From Mobula hypostoma (lineage: Eukaryota), in assembly GCF_963921235.1 (NCBI RefSeq), contig NC_086108.1, positions 91,514,001-91,578,000 on the forward strand: a stretch of DNA of 64,000 nucleotides, in the 5' to 3' direction. The translations under genes were made by a program, and so were the position numbers. Every line of letters starts with the position of its first letter. The stretch's first letter is position 1. The notes beneath the pieces are model-generated. The model searched no databases, was not told the DNA's origin, and worked only from the letters and a program-made list of their open reading frames with translations. Of the stretch, positions 62,225 to 64,000 are shown piece by piece.

Positions 62225-64000
62225 GAGGGGGGGAGAGGGGGGGAGAGGGGGGGGGGGGGGGGAGGGGGGAGGAGAGGGGGGGGAGAGGGGGGAGGAGAGG
62301 GGGGAGGAGAGGGGGGAGGAGAGGGGGGAGGAGAGGGGGAGGAGGGGGGAGGGGGGGAGGAGGGGGGGAGGAGGAGGAGGGGGGGAGGGGGAGGAGAGGG
62401 GGGAGGGGGAGGAGAGGGGAGGGGGAGGAAGGGGAGGGGGAGGAAGGGGAGGGGGAGGAAGGGGAGGGGGAGGAAGGGGAGGGGGGGGGAGGGGGAGGAA
62501 GGGGGAGGGGGAGGAAGGGGGAGGGGGAGGGAGGGGGAAGGGGGAGGGGGAGGGAGGGGGAGGGGGAGGGAGGGGGGAGGGGGAGGGGGGAGGGGGAGGG
62601 GGGAGGGGGAGGGGGGAGGGGGAGGGGGAGGGGGGGGGGGAGGGGGGGAGGGGGAGGGAGGGGGGAGGGAGGGAGGGGGAGGGGGAGGGAGGGGGAGGGA
62701 GGGAGGGGGGAGGGAGGGGGAGGGAGGGAGGAGGGAGAGAGGGAGGAGGGAGAGAGGGGGGAGGGAGAGGGAGAGAGGGAGGAGGGGGGAGGGAGGGGGA
62801 GAGAGTGGGAGAGAGGGAGGGGGAGAGAGTGGGAGAGAGGGAGGGGGAGGGAGTGGGAGAGAGGGAGGGGGAGGGAGTGGGAGAGAGGGAGGGGGAGGGA
62901 GTGGGAGAGGGGGAGGGAGTGTGAGGGAGAGAGGGAGGAGGAGAGGGAAGGGAGGGGGAGAGAGGGAGGGAGGGGGAGGGGGAGGGGGAGGGGGAGGGAG
63001 GGAGGGAGGGGGAGGGGGGGGGGGGGGGAGGGGGGGGAGGGGGGAGAGGGGGGGAGAGGGGGGAGAGGGAGGGGGGAGGGGGGGAGAGGGGGGAGAGGGG
63101 GAGAGGGGGGGGGAGGGGGAGAGGGGGGAGGAGGGGGAGGGGGAGAGAGGGGGGAGGAGGGGGAGGGAGGGGAGGGAGGGAGGGGGGAGGGAGGGGAGGG
63201 AGGGAGGGGGGAGGGAGGGGAGGGAGGGAAGGGAGGGAGGGGAGGGAGAGGGGGGGAGGGAGAGGGGGGAGGGAGCAGGGCAAGGATGGAAGGGAGGGAG
63301 GGAGGGTGCGAGCGGGGCAGGGATGGGAGGGAGGTGGGAGGGGTGGAGGAGGGAGGGATGGATGGAGGAGGGATGGAGAGGGAGGGGGGAGAGGGGGGGG
63401 AGGTGGGGAGGGAGGGATGGGGAGGGGGGAGGGAGGGATGGGGATAGAGGGGGGAGGGAGGGGGGAGGGGTGAGGGAGCGGGAGGGGGGATGGGGGAGGG
63501 GGGAGGGGAGGGGGGAGGGGAGGAGGAGGGGAAGGAGGGGGAGGGGAGGGAGGGGAAGGAGGGGGAGGGGAGGGAGGGGGAGGGGGGAGGGAAGGAGGGA
63601 GGGAGGGGGAGGGGGGAGGGGGAGGGGGGGGGGGGGGAGGGGGAGGGGGAGGGGGGAGGGGGGGGGAGGAGGGGGGGGAGGGGGAGGGGGGAGGGAGGGA
63701 GGGGAGGGAGGGGGGAGGGAGGGGGGAGGGAGGGGGGAGGGAGGGGGAGGGAGGGGGGGGGGAGGGAGGGGAGGGAGGGGGGAGGGGGGGGGAGGGGGGA
63801 GGGGGAGGGAGGGGGAGGGGGGAGGGAGGGGGGGGGAGGGGGGGGGGAGGGAGGGGGAGGGAGGGAGGGAGGGGGAGGGGGAGGGAGGGGGGAGGGGGGG
63901 GGGGGGAGGGGGGAGGGGGGAGGGGGGGAGGGGGGAGGGAGGGGGGAGGGAGGGGAGGGGGGGGAGGGGAGAGGGGAGGGGGGAGGGGGAGGGGGAGGGG
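61520..64000. repeat. G/A-rich low-complexity tract, including a poly-G run of about 80 nt near 62144-62223
   Basis: Almost exclusively G and A from about 62040 to the window end; GGGA, GGAGAGGG and GGGAGAGAGGGAGGGGGA-type units. Confidence 0.9.

Noticed and set aside
61550..63283. 577-aa Pro/Ser/Leu ORF and the opposite 301-aa Gly/Glu/Arg ORF
   Set aside because: Products of a G/A-only tract that cannot encode stops; no domain, non-ATG starts.
59887..64000. PTBP2 exon 1 (ATGGACGG|gt-like)
   Set aside because: No convincing match found by eye; probably beyond the window.

Overview
Vertebrate genomic DNA, probably a cartilaginous fish such as a ray (inferred from the repeat content, not proven). 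It contains coding exons 2-6 of PTBP2 (neural polypyrimidine tract-binding protein) on the minus strand, separated by long transposon-filled introns. Exon 1 and exons 7 onward were not found in the window. Intron 2 holds a 6.1-kb class III (ERV-L/ERV-S-like) endogenous retrovirus with a 5-bp TSD, a tRNA-Ser-like PBS, decayed gag-pro-pol, and the 5' stub of a CWIC-type env behind a splice-acceptor-like signal. Its 5' LTR has a TATA box and splice donor in the same orientation as PTBP2, and the provirus ends about 280 bp upstream of exon 3. Intron 3 holds a full-length, fairly young CsRn1-type Gypsy element. Several Penelope-derived palindromic insertions carry minimal hammerhead ribozyme motifs; one has an intact core on the PTBP2 sense strand in intron 1. 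Also present: CR1, Rex1/Babar and RTE LINEs, two Tc1 elements, internally deleted Tigger/pogo elements, a hAT MITE containing a Tigger end, and a 2.5-kb G/A-rich low-complexity tract at the right edge. Most ORFs in the supplied track are transposon remnants or spurious. All alignments and counts were done by eye.
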